Positions 1-9,485 of a DNA stretch of 64,000 nucleotides are shown here, in pieces. The position numbers and the translations under genes were made by a program. The notes beneath the pieces are model-generated. The model saw nothing but the letters and a program-made list of their open reading frames with translations. It searched no databases and was not told where the DNA came from. The stretch's first letter is position 1. Every line of letters starts with the position of its first letter. The DNA is from Candidatus Acidiferrales bacterium (GTDB lineage Bacteria > Desulfobacterota > Binatia > UBA9968), in NCBI GenBank assembly GCA_035559995.1, contig DATMAM010000040.1:197452-261451 (forward strand), in the 5' to 3' direction.

Positions 1-724
1 AGAATCGTTGCGCCAATTTCAAGCCGATCCCCGCCAGTTGCTCGAGCACGTGTTCGCGACGACGGGACGGGCGGTCGGCTTCGCCAGGCTGGTGTTCGGC
101 GCGACCGCCTATACGGCGTTGGCGCTGGCGCTCGTGCTCCTCTATTTCTTTTTCTTCTGCTGGCACTTCAACAGCGGCATCGAAAGACTCAAGGCCTATG
201 TTCCGGCGAGTCAAAGGGAGCGGACCTTTGCGATCGTTGCGCGGATGGACCGCGCCGTCGGGCAGTTCTTTCGCGGCAGAGTGGTCATCGCGTTGCTGAT
301 GGGCGTTTTGCTGTCGATCGGCTGGCTTATCACCGGCGTCCCTTACTGGTTTTTTCTGGGCATGGCGACCGGCTTTCTCAACATCATCCCCTATCTCTCT
401 TTTGTGAGCTGGCCGATCGCCATTTTGCTCAAGTACGTCGATGCGCTTGCCCGCGGGCAAGAGATCGCCCTCGCGGCAATCTTTGTCTGGCCGAGCGCGG
501 TCTACCTCGCCGTCCAGTTTATCGACAACTGGCTGCTGACGCCGTGGATCCAAAGCGGCCAAACCAACTTGAACGCCGCGACTGTGCTGCTCGTCGTGAT
601 CATCGGCGGCGCAATCGGCGGCGTGCTTGGAATGCTGTTCGCGATCCCGCTCGCGGCATGCCTCAAGATACTGCTCGAGGAATTGGTCCTCACCCCGCTT
701 CGGCGCTGGGCCGCGACGCATTGA
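1..724 (+). CDS. AI-2E family transporter (PerM/YhhT-like), C-terminal part, 5' partial
   Basis: ORF 8..724 open from window edge; multi-TM protein with conserved AI-2E C-terminal motif (NIIPYLSFV...PIAILLK; glycine-rich C-term helix). Confidence 0.7.
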   Translation, partial: ESLRQFQADPRQLLEHVFATTGRAVGFARLVFGATAYTALALALVLLYFFFFCWHFNSGIERLKAYVPASQRERTFAIVARMDRAVGQFFRGRVVIALLMGVLLSIGWLITGVPYWFFLGMATGFLNIIPYLSFVSWPIAILLKYVDALARGQEIALAAIFVWPSAVYLAVQFIDNWLLTPWIQSGQTNLNAATVLLVVIIGGAIGGVLGMLFAIPLAACLKILLEELVLTPLRRWAATH

Positions 725-1012
725 AGCCGCCGCCCTGCTTGCCGGCCCCGGCGCCGCGCCGCGGTGGGAAAGCCGGCTGGCGCGCCGCGAAATCTCGCGC
801 AGCGGTCCGAGAAAAGGCGCGTGCGCTGATTACAAGCGACCGCTGCGCGGTTAAAGAGCGCGTTTTACCGCTTCGCGGGTCAAGCCGGAAATAAGCGCCG
901 GGCGCACCCTGCTCGCTTCTCAATGGCCGCAATTCGTTCGGGCTCGTCGCGCGCTATCGTGGCCGTCTCCGCCAAGGCGGCCGAAGCGTTAGCCCGCCTC
1001 GGCCCGGCTGAC

Positions 1013-1164
1013 TCATATCCGGCCCATCAGAGCCATGACGATAGCGATGATCAGGATCAGACCGAGAAGTCCGCTCGGGTAGTATCCCCATCCTGAGCTG
1101 TAGGGCCACGTGGGAAGCGCGCCGATGAGGAGCAGGATCAAGATGATCAGGAGAATGGTCGACA
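1013..1164 (-). CDS. DUF3309-family small membrane protein (~50 aa)
   Basis: Unlisted small ORF (GTG start): VSTILLIILILLLIGALPTWPYSSGWGYYPSGLLGLILIIAIVMALMGRI matches DUF3309 signature LPxWPYS..GWGY.PSG; purine-rich AAGGGGG upstream. Confidence 0.55.
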
Positions 1165-1375
1165 CAAGGATTCACCCCCTTTCTGCAGTCCGCTTAACAG
1201 AGGGCAAAAGCCGTACCCGGCCGCGCGTCGGCGGCCAGCGCCGTTCACCAGAAAAAGCGTCCCAGAAGCGGTAACAACGCACGCTTTGTTCTCGGAAAAG
1301 GGACGCCGGGCGACCGCGTGCCCGGCCAGGCTACCCGGTTCGAGCGGCGTCCTTTTTGCTCATTGAGCCCGATCG

Positions 1376-2062
1376 ATGAAAGAGAAACCGAGGCGCAAAG
1401 CGTTGATCTCCGTTGCCGCAGTGCTCGTTGTCCTGGGACTGCTCGCGGCGGTATGGCGCTGGACGTCGTTGTCGGAATGGCTTGACTTTCGCGTGCTCGC
1501 GCGCTCGCTGAACGCGCTCCGCGCGAATCCTCTGGGGCCGTACCTCGTGATCTTCGCGTTCCTGATCGGTAGCCAGGTCATGTTTCCGATCACGGTTTTG
1601 ATCCTCGCGACGGCCTACGCGTTTGGCCCCTGGCTGGGATTTGTCTACGCGATGGTGGGAAGCCTTCTGGGAGGCGTCGTCACCTATGCGCTCGGCTATT
1701 TCATGGGCCACGAGACGTTCAGGCATCTCGCCGGGCGCCACTACGAGTCGCTCGCCCAGGCGTTCAAGGAGAACGGCTTGATGGCCGTGATCACGACTCA
1801 CTTGTTGCCGGTGGGCCCTTTCACCATCGTCAATCTCGGCGCGGGCGCCGTGCGCGTGCGGCTGCGCGATTTCGTCGTCGGCTCCGCGCTCGGCATGCTT
1901 CCGGGAATGGCGCTGATCACAATCTTTGCCCACCAGCTACAGAGGACGTTGCGCCAGCCTGGATGGCAAACGGCAATCGCGCTGGCAACTTTCACCGCCG
2001 CGCTGATCGCCTGGGCTCTGTGGACGAGACGCCAGGCGAGAAGAAAATCCCCGCCTTCGTAA
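1376..2062 (+). CDS. TVP38/TMEM64 (DedA-related) family membrane protein
   Basis: 228 aa multi-TM ORF with conserved core (GxxxMFPITVLILATAYAFGP...GxxxGGVVTYALGYFMG). Confidence 0.7.
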   Translation: MKEKPRRKALISVAAVLVVLGLLAAVWRWTSLSEWLDFRVLARSLNALRANPLGPYLVIFAFLIGSQVMFPITVLILATAYAFGPWLGFVYAMVGSLLGGVVTYALGYFMGHETFRHLAGRHYESLAQAFKENGLMAVITTHLLPVGPFTIVNLGAGAVRVRLRDFVVGSALGMLPGMALITIFAHQLQRTLRQPGWQTAIALATFTAALIAWALWTRRQARRKSPPS

Positions 2063-2066
2063 AAGG

Positions 2067-2585
2067 CTAGCCCGGCGCCTTTCCGTTCAAGTAGACCACC
2101 ACCGTGTTGGTAAACAGGGTGGCGTTGGGCAGAAGAATCTTTTTGTCTTCGGCATACAGCGTCGTGTAGCGGAGATCCACGCCGCGAACGACGCCCTGCA
2201 GGCCGCCCACCTCGATGCGATCGCCGTGCCGAAACGGCCGGTAAGACAAAATCAAAATCCCGGCCAGGACGTTCGACAGCGCATCGCGCAGCGCGAAACC
2301 CATCGCAAAACCGGTGAGTCCAAGGCCCGCGACCAGTCCGGACACATCGATACCGACGGTCCCTAAAGCCGTAATGAGACCGATCACGACGAGAACGACT
2401 TTCGCCGTCCGCGCCAGTAGCGCAATGACCTCGGGAGAGCCCGCGGCGCGGCTGCCCAAGCGGTTGATAACCCGTTCCGCGAAAAGTCCGGCGCCCCACA
2501 GAACGAAAAAGACCAGGATGCTCGCGCCGACACGCGGCAGCGCCAAGAGAACGGCTTCGATGACTTTCTCAAAGGTCGTATCCAT
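2067..2585 (-). CDS. mechanosensitive ion channel, MscS family (small variant)
   Basis: TM helices followed by MscS beta-domain motifs (DVSGLVAGLGLTGFAMGFALRDALSNVLAGILIL, PFRHGDRIEVGG); start chosen at internal ATG (MDTTF) preceded by GAGGGGA RBS. Confidence 0.75.
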   Translation of the reverse strand: MDTTFEKVIEAVLLALPRVGASILVFFVLWGAGLFAERVINRLGSRAAGSPEVIALLARTAKVVLVVIGLITALGTVGIDVSGLVAGLGLTGFAMGFALRDALSNVLAGILILSYRPFRHGDRIEVGGLQGVVRGVDLRYTTLYAEDKKILLPNATLFTNTVVVYLNGKAPG

Positions 2586-2768
2586 AGGTCCCCTCAGCTC
2601 CATTTTTTTGTTCCAGATTATCACAAACGCCACCTGGCTCTCGCCAGCGCAGTGTCATTTGTGCGACAGTCTCTAACCGTGGGGACCGTATGGACATGCG
2701 GCGAGTGTGTGCTAATGTTCTGGCCTAACGCTTGCTTTCTATTCACGGCCGACCAAAGGAGGATTCTT

Positions 2769-3824
2769 ATGCGCGCGAACGGTAGGCCAAGCTTTTCCTT
2801 GTCGACGAAGCTTCTTTTGGCCGGCGCGGCCGCCGCCGGGATTGCCTACGCTGTGCGCGAGCGCCGCCGGATGGATTTTCAAGGCAAGACGGTGGTGATC
2901 TCGGGAGGATCGCGCGGCCTCGGGCTGGAGCTGGCGCGCGCGTTCGTGCGCGAGGGAGCCAACGTGGTTCTTCTTGCGCGCAATCAAGACCAACTCGCGG
3001 GCGCGGCGCGCGAGTTCGAGCGCACGCGGGCGCGCGTGAGCGCGCTAGCGTGCGACGTCTGCAAAGAAGACGAGGTGCGCAGCAGCGTCGCCTCCATCAT
3101 CGGCGAGTTTGGCGCGATCGATGTCCTGATCAACAACGCGGGCATGATCCAGGTAGGTCCCGCCGAGCACATGAACGCCGAGGATTTTGCGGCTGCGATG
3201 GACGTTCACTTTTGGGGACCGCTTTACCTCATGCGCGCGGTCATTCCGCACATGAAGCGCCGCGGCCACGGGCGCATCGTCAACGTCGCCTCGATCGGCG
3301 GCAAGGTCGCGGTGCCGCATTTGCTCCCTTACGTTGCGAGCAAATTCGCCCTCGTCGGCCTCTCGGAAGGGATGCGCACCGAGCTGGCAAAGGACGGCAT
3401 CTACGTCACGACGGTCTGTCCGGGGCTCATGCGCACGGGCTCGCACGTCAACGCGTTCTTCAAGGGGCAGCACGAGAAGGAATTCGCGCTTTTCAGCCTG
3501 ATCGCCGCCTCCCCTCTGTTCTCCACCGACTCCGCGTCGGCCGCGCGCCGCATCGTCGACGCCTGCCGTTACGGCGCAAGCGAAATCGTGATCACGCCGC
3601 AGGCGCGCTTGCTGCGCCTGGTCGCGGGCCTGTTTCCCAACCTGGTGGCCGAAGCGATGAGCGTCCTCGGGCGCGCCCTGCCCGGCCCGGCGGATGGCGC
3701 AGGGGATCGCCTGAAGCGCGGCTGGCAGAGCTACTCGAAAGTTGCGCCTTCGTTCCTTACGCGCCCGGCCGACCGCGCTTCCGGGCGCAATCGCGAGGCG
3801 CGCCAGCCGGCTTCGGCGCCGTGA
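2769..3824 (+). CDS. SDR family oxidoreductase (short-chain dehydrogenase/reductase)
   Basis: TGGSRGLG Rossmann motif, NNAG, catalytic YxxxK (YVASKFAL); start set at ATG 2769 with AGGAGG RBS; N-terminal TM segment. Confidence 0.85.
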   Translation: MRANGRPSFSLSTKLLLAGAAAAGIAYAVRERRRMDFQGKTVVISGGSRGLGLELARAFVREGANVVLLARNQDQLAGAAREFERTRARVSALACDVCKEDEVRSSVASIIGEFGAIDVLINNAGMIQVGPAEHMNAEDFAAAMDVHFWGPLYLMRAVIPHMKRRGHGRIVNVASIGGKVAVPHLLPYVASKFALVGLSEGMRTELAKDGIYVTTVCPGLMRTGSHVNAFFKGQHEKEFALFSLIAASPLFSTDSASAARRIVDACRYGASEIVITPQARLLRLVAGLFPNLVAEAMSVLGRALPGPADGAGDRLKRGWQSYSKVAPSFLTRPADRASGRNREARQPASAP

Positions 3825-3944
3825 AGAAGTTGGCGCGAGATGCGATCGCGAAGCCTGTCCTGAAAATCGTCGCAGGGCTCGCGCGCAACGACGGTTGCGC
3901 GGTCGTTGCGCGCAAAGCGAAAAATCTTTTGCGCCCGCGAACGA

Positions 3945-4307
3945 CTATTTTTCATCGATGCCCGGCTTTGCTCCGACGGGCACGGCCTCCACGACGATGC
4001 CGCCGGGATCACGGTACTTGACGGCTTTGCCGGGTTCGCTCACGACGGCTCCGCCGTACTTGCCGATCTCCGCGGTACACCGGTCCACGTTTTCGACCTC
4101 GATCCCGAAGTGATCGATCGCCGGCCCGGCGTCTTCGGCGCCGCGCGCTTGATTGAGCGCGATGTGAACCCTGCCGTCGGTAAGGTAGCGCGCCGTCGTT
4201 CTCAATCCCGGCACGCGCACCTCCTTGAAGCCGAAGATTTTTGTGTAGAATTCGGTCGCCTTGTCGAGATCGTCCACCCTCATCGCCAAATGAACAATGC
4301 GCCCCAT
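3945..4307 (-). CDS. VOC-family protein (glyoxalase/bleomycin-resistance/dioxygenase fold)
   Basis: 120 aa; MGRIVHLAMRVDDLDKATEFYTKIFGF... typical VOC betaalphabetabetabeta module; GGAGG RBS. Confidence 0.7.
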   Translation of the reverse strand: MGRIVHLAMRVDDLDKATEFYTKIFGFKEVRVPGLRTTARYLTDGRVHIALNQARGAEDAGPAIDHFGIEVENVDRCTAEIGKYGGAVVSEPGKAVKYRDPGGIVVEAVPVGAKPGIDEK

Positions 4308-4343
4308 GTTGCTTTCCTCCGTGGCTAGCTTTTTTCTCCGCCG

Positions 4344-5531
4344 TTACAGTCCGAGGCCGTACACCTGATTGACGTTGTCGCGGCAGAGTTTTCGTTTGAT
4401 CCGATCCCCCGCCCCCTGAAACAGCCGATCGACGATCCGGTGCGAGTAAGGCCACGTGCAGGCGGCGTGCGGGTAATCGCTCGCCCACATAAAGTTGTCC
4501 TCGCCGTAAATCGGCGTCGTCAGCACGGCGGCGCGGTCGTCCATGAACGTAAACCAGAGATTGCGCCGAAAATATTCGCTGGGCGGCAATTTGAGCCGCA
4601 TGCTATCGTCTAGAGTGGTGCCATGGGCGGTCTTTTTCGGTCCGTACTGATAATCGACCTGTTGCACGATGACCCCCAGCCATCCTGCTTCAAACTCCGT
4701 GCAGATAACCTTCAATTTAGGGTGGCGGTCGAACAGGCCGGAGAAGATCATGTGCCCGATCACGGTCTTGATTACCGTCTGCCGGGAATGTTGGAAGAAG
4801 CCCGGCCATTCGTCGGCGCTGTTCAGCTTTGCGAACCAGCGCCGCGACTCGCCTCCTTGGAGCTGCCCCGAGTGGATCACGACCAGCATGTCAAGATCTT
4901 CGGCCGCGGCCCAGATCGGCTCATACATCGGGTCGTAATAGGCGCCGTCCTTGATGCCGGGCGGTATTTGCACTCCCTTGAAGCCTAGCTGCGCGTATTC
5001 CTGCATATCGAGAACCGCCTTTTCTATGTCCAGGATAGAAAGCAGCGGAATGCCGATCAGCCGCTTGGGGTCGTAGGTGCAAAAATCGTGAAGCCAGAAA
5101 TTGTAAGAGCGAAAGCAGCTGCGCTGGAAGGCCGCGTCTTTGAGCACGTAAAAGATCCGCGCCCAACTGGAAAAAAGAACCTCCGCCTCGACGCCGTCGC
5201 GCTCCTGCTCCTTGATTCGCGCCGCGGGGTCCCACGATCCGGGATGATCCTCGTAGCGGAACGTTTCGCGAAAGCGCGCTATCGTTTCGTCATCGACCTG
5301 GTCGACGTCCATGCCGGATACCCCTTCCGGCTTCGCCACCAAGAAGCCAACGGAGGGATTGCAGCAGGGCGACGGCTTGAGGCCGTCGGCCACGAGCCAG
5401 AGCCCCTTCCGATCCGGGAGATTGTCTACGACCCGCGGCGCTCGCTCGCCGTATTCTTTCTGCACCCTCTCCCAAGCCGCCGGAGGGTCGTTCAAGTGGC
5501 CGTCGGCCGAAATCAGTTTAAAATCCGCCAT
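4344..5531 (-). CDS. amidohydrolase-2 family protein (ACMSD-like metal-dependent hydrolase/decarboxylase)
   Basis: 395 aa; N-terminal MADFKLISADGHL and overall TIM-barrel amidohydrolase_2-like pattern; AAGGGGAGG RBS. Confidence 0.6.
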   Translation of the reverse strand: MADFKLISADGHLNDPPAAWERVQKEYGERAPRVVDNLPDRKGLWLVADGLKPSPCCNPSVGFLVAKPEGVSGMDVDQVDDETIARFRETFRYEDHPGSWDPAARIKEQERDGVEAEVLFSSWARIFYVLKDAAFQRSCFRSYNFWLHDFCTYDPKRLIGIPLLSILDIEKAVLDMQEYAQLGFKGVQIPPGIKDGAYYDPMYEPIWAAAEDLDMLVVIHSGQLQGGESRRWFAKLNSADEWPGFFQHSRQTVIKTVIGHMIFSGLFDRHPKLKVICTEFEAGWLGVIVQQVDYQYGPKKTAHGTTLDDSMRLKLPPSEYFRRNLWFTFMDDRAAVLTTPIYGEDNFMWASDYPHAACTWPYSHRIVDRLFQGAGDRIKRKLCRDNVNQVYGLGL

Positions 5532-5566
5532 CGGTCCTCCCCTTCGTCGAATTTGTTCCCTCGGCC

Positions 5567-6703
5567 TCAGCGCCTCTCCGCCACCGGGAAGCCGTACGCT
5601 TCAACGATTCTCTTGACCCACCGATCGAGGTTTTTCTGCAAATCCCAACTCAGGAACGAAAGCGTTCTTCCGCGGATCAGCTTGTGCTGCATGGAATCGG
5701 CGACATAGACCGAGCCGTCCGCCGGCCCGTACTTGTCGAGAATTTCCTGACCCTGAGGCGAAACCTGAAATTCCAACCACAGCAGTGCCGCGTGCGCGTG
5801 CGGGGCGGTGCCGAGAACCCCGTCGGCGCTGCCGAACCGGACCGGCACGGGATCGAGGAGCTGAAACTCGAGGCTTTGGCTCGGGTCTTTAGCCTTTGCC
5901 TCGATCACGCTCGAGAGATTCAAGCCCATGAAGATCGCGTACTCTCCCAGCGCCATATTCGACAGCGTTCGGCTTCCCCTCACCCAGATCGGCTTCTGCT
6001 CGCTTATCTTGCGCGCGAACTCAACCGTCTTCTCCAATCCCCACGCGGGCACGAGGTTGGCGACCGAAAGCGGCCGCACATCCACGACGACTTTTCTTCC
6101 CTGGAATTCGGGTTTAAGAAATCCCTCCCACGTGGTCGGCACTTTGTCCGGCGAAATGAGCTTTTTGTTGTAGGCGGCAACGGCGACCTGCGTGCCTTTC
6201 GAGACGATCGTGCGGTGGTTGGGATCGATAATCTGGGTCGGGATATTGAGGATCCCGTGCTCGGCCATTCCAAGAATGTCAAACTTTCTGAGATAGGGCG
6301 GGTATTCGTTGTAAACCTGGTTGGAGATGTGAACCGTGTCCCACCGCTTTACCCGCCCTGATTTCATCTCGAGAATAAACCGTTGGTACTCGTCAGTCCC
6401 CTGGATCGTCTCCGCGTAGACTTCCTTGATGAAAGGATATTTTCTCCGGAAGCCGTCGATCATCGCCTTTTTCGCGTCCGCCTCCAAAAAGGTGAGCGCC
6501 TCGAGCCTTCCTTCCTCCTTTGCCTTCGCCAGGATCTCCTCCTTGGCGGCGATGAACACGTAACCTTTGGCCTCAGCCTCGGCTTTCGCCTTCAAAACCG
6601 CCGGACGGACCGAAGCCGCAAAGCCAAGGGAAGTCGTCAGGCCCAGCACGACCACGATCGCCGCCACAGTCATGTCGGCAGAGATGAGCTTGAATTCAGG
6701 CAT
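5567..6703 (-). CDS. periplasmic solute-binding protein (ABC-type SBP family 1-like), orphan (no permease/ATPase adjacent)
   Basis: 378 aa; signal peptide (MTVAAIVVVLGLTTSLGFAAS) preceded by unusual 10-aa extension; SBP-like two-lobe sequence; AAGGAG RBS. Confidence 0.55.
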   Translation of the reverse strand: MPEFKLISADMTVAAIVVVLGLTTSLGFAASVRPAVLKAKAEAEAKGYVFIAAKEEILAKAKEEGRLEALTFLEADAKKAMIDGFRRKYPFIKEVYAETIQGTDEYQRFILEMKSGRVKRWDTVHISNQVYNEYPPYLRKFDILGMAEHGILNIPTQIIDPNHRTIVSKGTQVAVAAYNKKLISPDKVPTTWEGFLKPEFQGRKVVVDVRPLSVANLVPAWGLEKTVEFARKISEQKPIWVRGSRTLSNMALGEYAIFMGLNLSSVIEAKAKDPSQSLEFQLLDPVPVRFGSADGVLGTAPHAHAALLWLEFQVSPQGQEILDKYGPADGSVYVADSMQHKLIRGRTLSFLSWDLQKNLDRWVKRIVEAYGFPVAERR

Positions 6704-6740
6704 CGATTTCTCCTTGAAATCGTCGCGCGCCCGCGAAGCT

Positions 6741-7136
6741 TTATGCCGATCTCTCCGCGCCCTTTTCGTACCTTCCCAGCGGCACGATCTCGGCGATCGC
6801 CCCTCCCGGCGCGCGGAACTTGACGGGCGGCTTTGTCGGATCGCTCAGGATCTCGCAGCCGAACTCCCTCACCTTCGCGACGTACTCGGCCATGTCCTCC
6901 ACCTCGATCGCGAAGTGATGAATGCAGGGTCCCTGGCCCGCGGCCTGCGCCATCGCGGCATCCTCGCTGTCGTATTTGAGAAACGTCAAGTCGATCGCGC
7001 CGTCGCTCACCATCCGCCGCGAGCGATCTTCCGAGCGCGACTTCCCGACGGGGGCCAGACCGAAGATCTTCTCGTAAAAATCGGCTGCCCTGTCGAGGTC
7101 TTCGACCTTGATTGCGATATGGGCGATGCGTGCCAT
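6741..7136 (-). CDS. VOC-family protein, paralog of 3945..4307
   Basis: 131 aa; MARIAHIAIKVEDLDRAADFYEKIFGL... same VOC pattern; AAGGAG RBS. Confidence 0.7.
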   Translation of the reverse strand: MARIAHIAIKVEDLDRAADFYEKIFGLAPVGKSRSEDRSRRMVSDGAIDLTFLKYDSEDAAMAQAAGQGPCIHHFAIEVEDMAEYVAKVREFGCEILSDPTKPPVKFRAPGGAIAEIVPLGRYEKGAERSA

Positions 7137-7240
7137 TGCTTTTTCTCCTTCCCTGGGGTGTGGGATCGTTTAGCCGGCATCCTACTACACTTTGCGCAAG
7201 ACATATACCGCCCGGGGCGTGTCAAGAATTTTCAAAGGGA

Positions 7241-8932
7241 TCACAGCGCGCCGTCTCCCTCGCGAGAAACACGCGCCTTCGCCGCGACCTCCGTTCGCCT
7301 CGTCACCGGCCGAAGCACGGCGGCGATCGCGTCATCCAACTCCGCGATCGCGAGAATTCGGCAGCCGAAGTAAAAAACCAGCGCCGCCGCGGCCATGCCG
7401 CCCGCCACCTGAACGAGATAGCGCGCCGTCCCTTCGACCGCGACTCGAGATCCCAACTCCGCGCTCACGAGCCAGACGGCCGCGGCCATCGCGCCCGAGA
7501 CCAGGCATACCCTCAAGAAGCCGGACGCGAGCTTTCTTCCTTCGAGCCCGCCAAGGCGCCGGCGCATCAAGAGCGTCAGCAGCACCCAATTGACGAGCGC
7601 GACGGTCGAGGTCGAAAGCGCCAGGCCGACGTGCCCGAGGGGACCCACCAGCAGGCTGTTCATGAGGTAGTTGACCACGATGGAGCCGAGGCTGATCGCC
7701 ATCGGCGTGCGCGCGTCGTCGAGCGCGTAAAACGCCGGCGCGAGCACTTTGACGGCCGCGTACCCGGCCAGGCCGATCGAGTACGCCGCCAGAGCGTTTG
7801 CGGTCTGGGCCGTGTCGGCGGCAGTGAATCTCCCGTGCTCGAGAATGAGCCCGACGATCGGCCCGCCGAGGACCGACAGCCCCGCGGCGGACGGAATGCA
7901 CAGGAGAAACACCAGGCTCAGCGCGTGCGCCAGCGTCTGGCGAAACTCGGCCATGTTTTTCCGCGCGACGCTGCCCGACAGAGCCGGCAGGCTGACCGTG
8001 GCGATGGCGACGCCGAACACGCCGATCGGCAGCTGCATGAAACGAAAGGCGTAAAACAGCCACGACATCGGGCCGTTCGCGACCGTGCCCGTCGCGGGAT
8101 CGGGAATCGCCGAGGCAAAGTTACTGTTGATGAACACGTTCACCTGCACGGCCGCCGTGCCGATGATCGCCGGACCCATCAGCCGCAAAATCTGGCGCAC
8201 CCCCGGATCGCGAAAACTGATCATCGGCCGGTAGCCAAAGCCCGTGCGGCGCAAACTCGGCCACTGAACGGCAAATTGCAGAAACCCGCCGATCAACGTT
8301 CCGTAAGCCATCCCTTCGATCGGACTGACGCCGGCCCACGGCCCCAGGACGAATCCGAGAAGCACGCCCCCCGCAATCGAGCCGACGTTGAAAAAAGACG
8401 GCGCCAGCGCGGGAATGCCGAAACGGTGCTGCGCGTTCAGTATCCCCATCGCCTGGGCCGCGAGCGCGACCAAAAGCAAAAACGGCATCATGATGCGCGT
8501 GAGCGCGATCGTCAGCTCCGCTTTCCCCGGAACCTCGAAAAACCCCGGGGCGAGCAGCCGGACCACGGCGGGAGCCGCAAGCCACCCCGCGACGCAGATC
8601 GATCCGACCACCAAGATCATCGCCGTGGCGACACGGTTGGAAAGGCGCGCGGCTTCCTCGCGCCCCTTTGTCGCCAGCACCTGAGCGAACGTCGGCACGA
8701 ACGCCGCCGAGAGCGCCCCCTCGGCGAAAAGATCGCGCAGCAGGTTGGGAATGCGAAACGCGGTGACAAAGGCATCGTTGTGAAACCCGGCGCCGAAGAG
8801 CGCCGCAAAGACCTGATCGCGCACAAGCCCGAGCACCCGGCTGGCCATCACGCCGATGCTGACGACGCCCGCGCGCTCGGCCAGCGCTTTGGGCTTGCGG
8901 CGCGGCGAGCTTTGTTCTCCTGACGATGTCAT
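7241..8932 (-). CDS. murJ: murein biosynthesis integral membrane protein MurJ (lipid II flippase)
   Basis: N-terminus SIGVMASRVLGLVRDQVFAALFGAGFHNDAFVTAFRIPNLLRDLFAEGALSAAFVPTF is the canonical MurJ/MviN signature; 14 TM protein; start set at internal ATG (MTSSGEQ). Confidence 0.85.
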   Translation of the reverse strand: MTSSGEQSSPRRKPKALAERAGVVSIGVMASRVLGLVRDQVFAALFGAGFHNDAFVTAFRIPNLLRDLFAEGALSAAFVPTFAQVLATKGREEAARLSNRVATAMILVVGSICVAGWLAAPAVVRLLAPGFFEVPGKAELTIALTRIMMPFLLLVALAAQAMGILNAQHRFGIPALAPSFFNVGSIAGGVLLGFVLGPWAGVSPIEGMAYGTLIGGFLQFAVQWPSLRRTGFGYRPMISFRDPGVRQILRLMGPAIIGTAAVQVNVFINSNFASAIPDPATGTVANGPMSWLFYAFRFMQLPIGVFGVAIATVSLPALSGSVARKNMAEFRQTLAHALSLVFLLCIPSAAGLSVLGGPIVGLILEHGRFTAADTAQTANALAAYSIGLAGYAAVKVLAPAFYALDDARTPMAISLGSIVVNYLMNSLLVGPLGHVGLALSTSTVALVNWVLLTLLMRRRLGGLEGRKLASGFLRVCLVSGAMAAAVWLVSAELGSRVAVEGTARYLVQVAGGMAAAALVFYFGCRILAIAELDDAIAAVLRPVTRRTEVAAKARVSREGDGAL

Positions 8933-9255
8933 CGTTGACGCGCGCGAGCCGATGCAACAGGTCGCGCGGCCGGCTGGAGATTTCTCCCCGGCCATTCATA
9001 GCACGGCGCGCGGGCGGCTTTCATCTCGTTCGCAGGCCGCCCGGCCGTCTGCGCCACAGGAAACAATATCGACGCGATCGTGGAGGCTAAAAGAGGCGGA
9101 TCAAGGCCCGGAATTCGCCCGCGCGCGATCCGATCGAGGAGAGCACCCCGGCGCCGTGCGCAGGCTTGTTGACGGAAATTTCACGCTCGGCCCGCAGCGG
9201 GCCCGCTCCGCAGCTCACAAGCGCCGCAAGCGCCGGTCGGATTCGTGCGACCGCC

Positions 9256-9468
9256 CTACGATTTCGCGATCAAGATGTGCGGCGCCAAAACGGCGCCCGC
9301 GGCGCGCTCGGTCTTCGAGCCGACCGAGTTACCGCAGCCTTGGCAGAGATAGTCGTACAGCTCGCCGTCGGGAAGCACCAGCAGCAGCCGCTCGCGCACC
9401 GGCATCGCGCGCTTGCACGTGTTGCAGTAAAGCAGGCTGGCGTTGAACTGATCGAAGCTTTTCGCCAT
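9256..9468 (-). CDS. small zinc-ribbon protein (CxxC...CxxC), function unknown
   Basis: 70 aa ORF immediately downstream of EF-G paralog; Cys pairs CNTC...CQGC. Confidence 0.4.
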   Translation of the reverse strand: MAKSFDQFNASLLYCNTCKRAMPVRERLLLVLPDGELYDYLCQGCGNSVGSKTERAAGAVLAPHILIAKS

Positions 9469-9485
9469 CGGTTGGGCGCTCGCCG

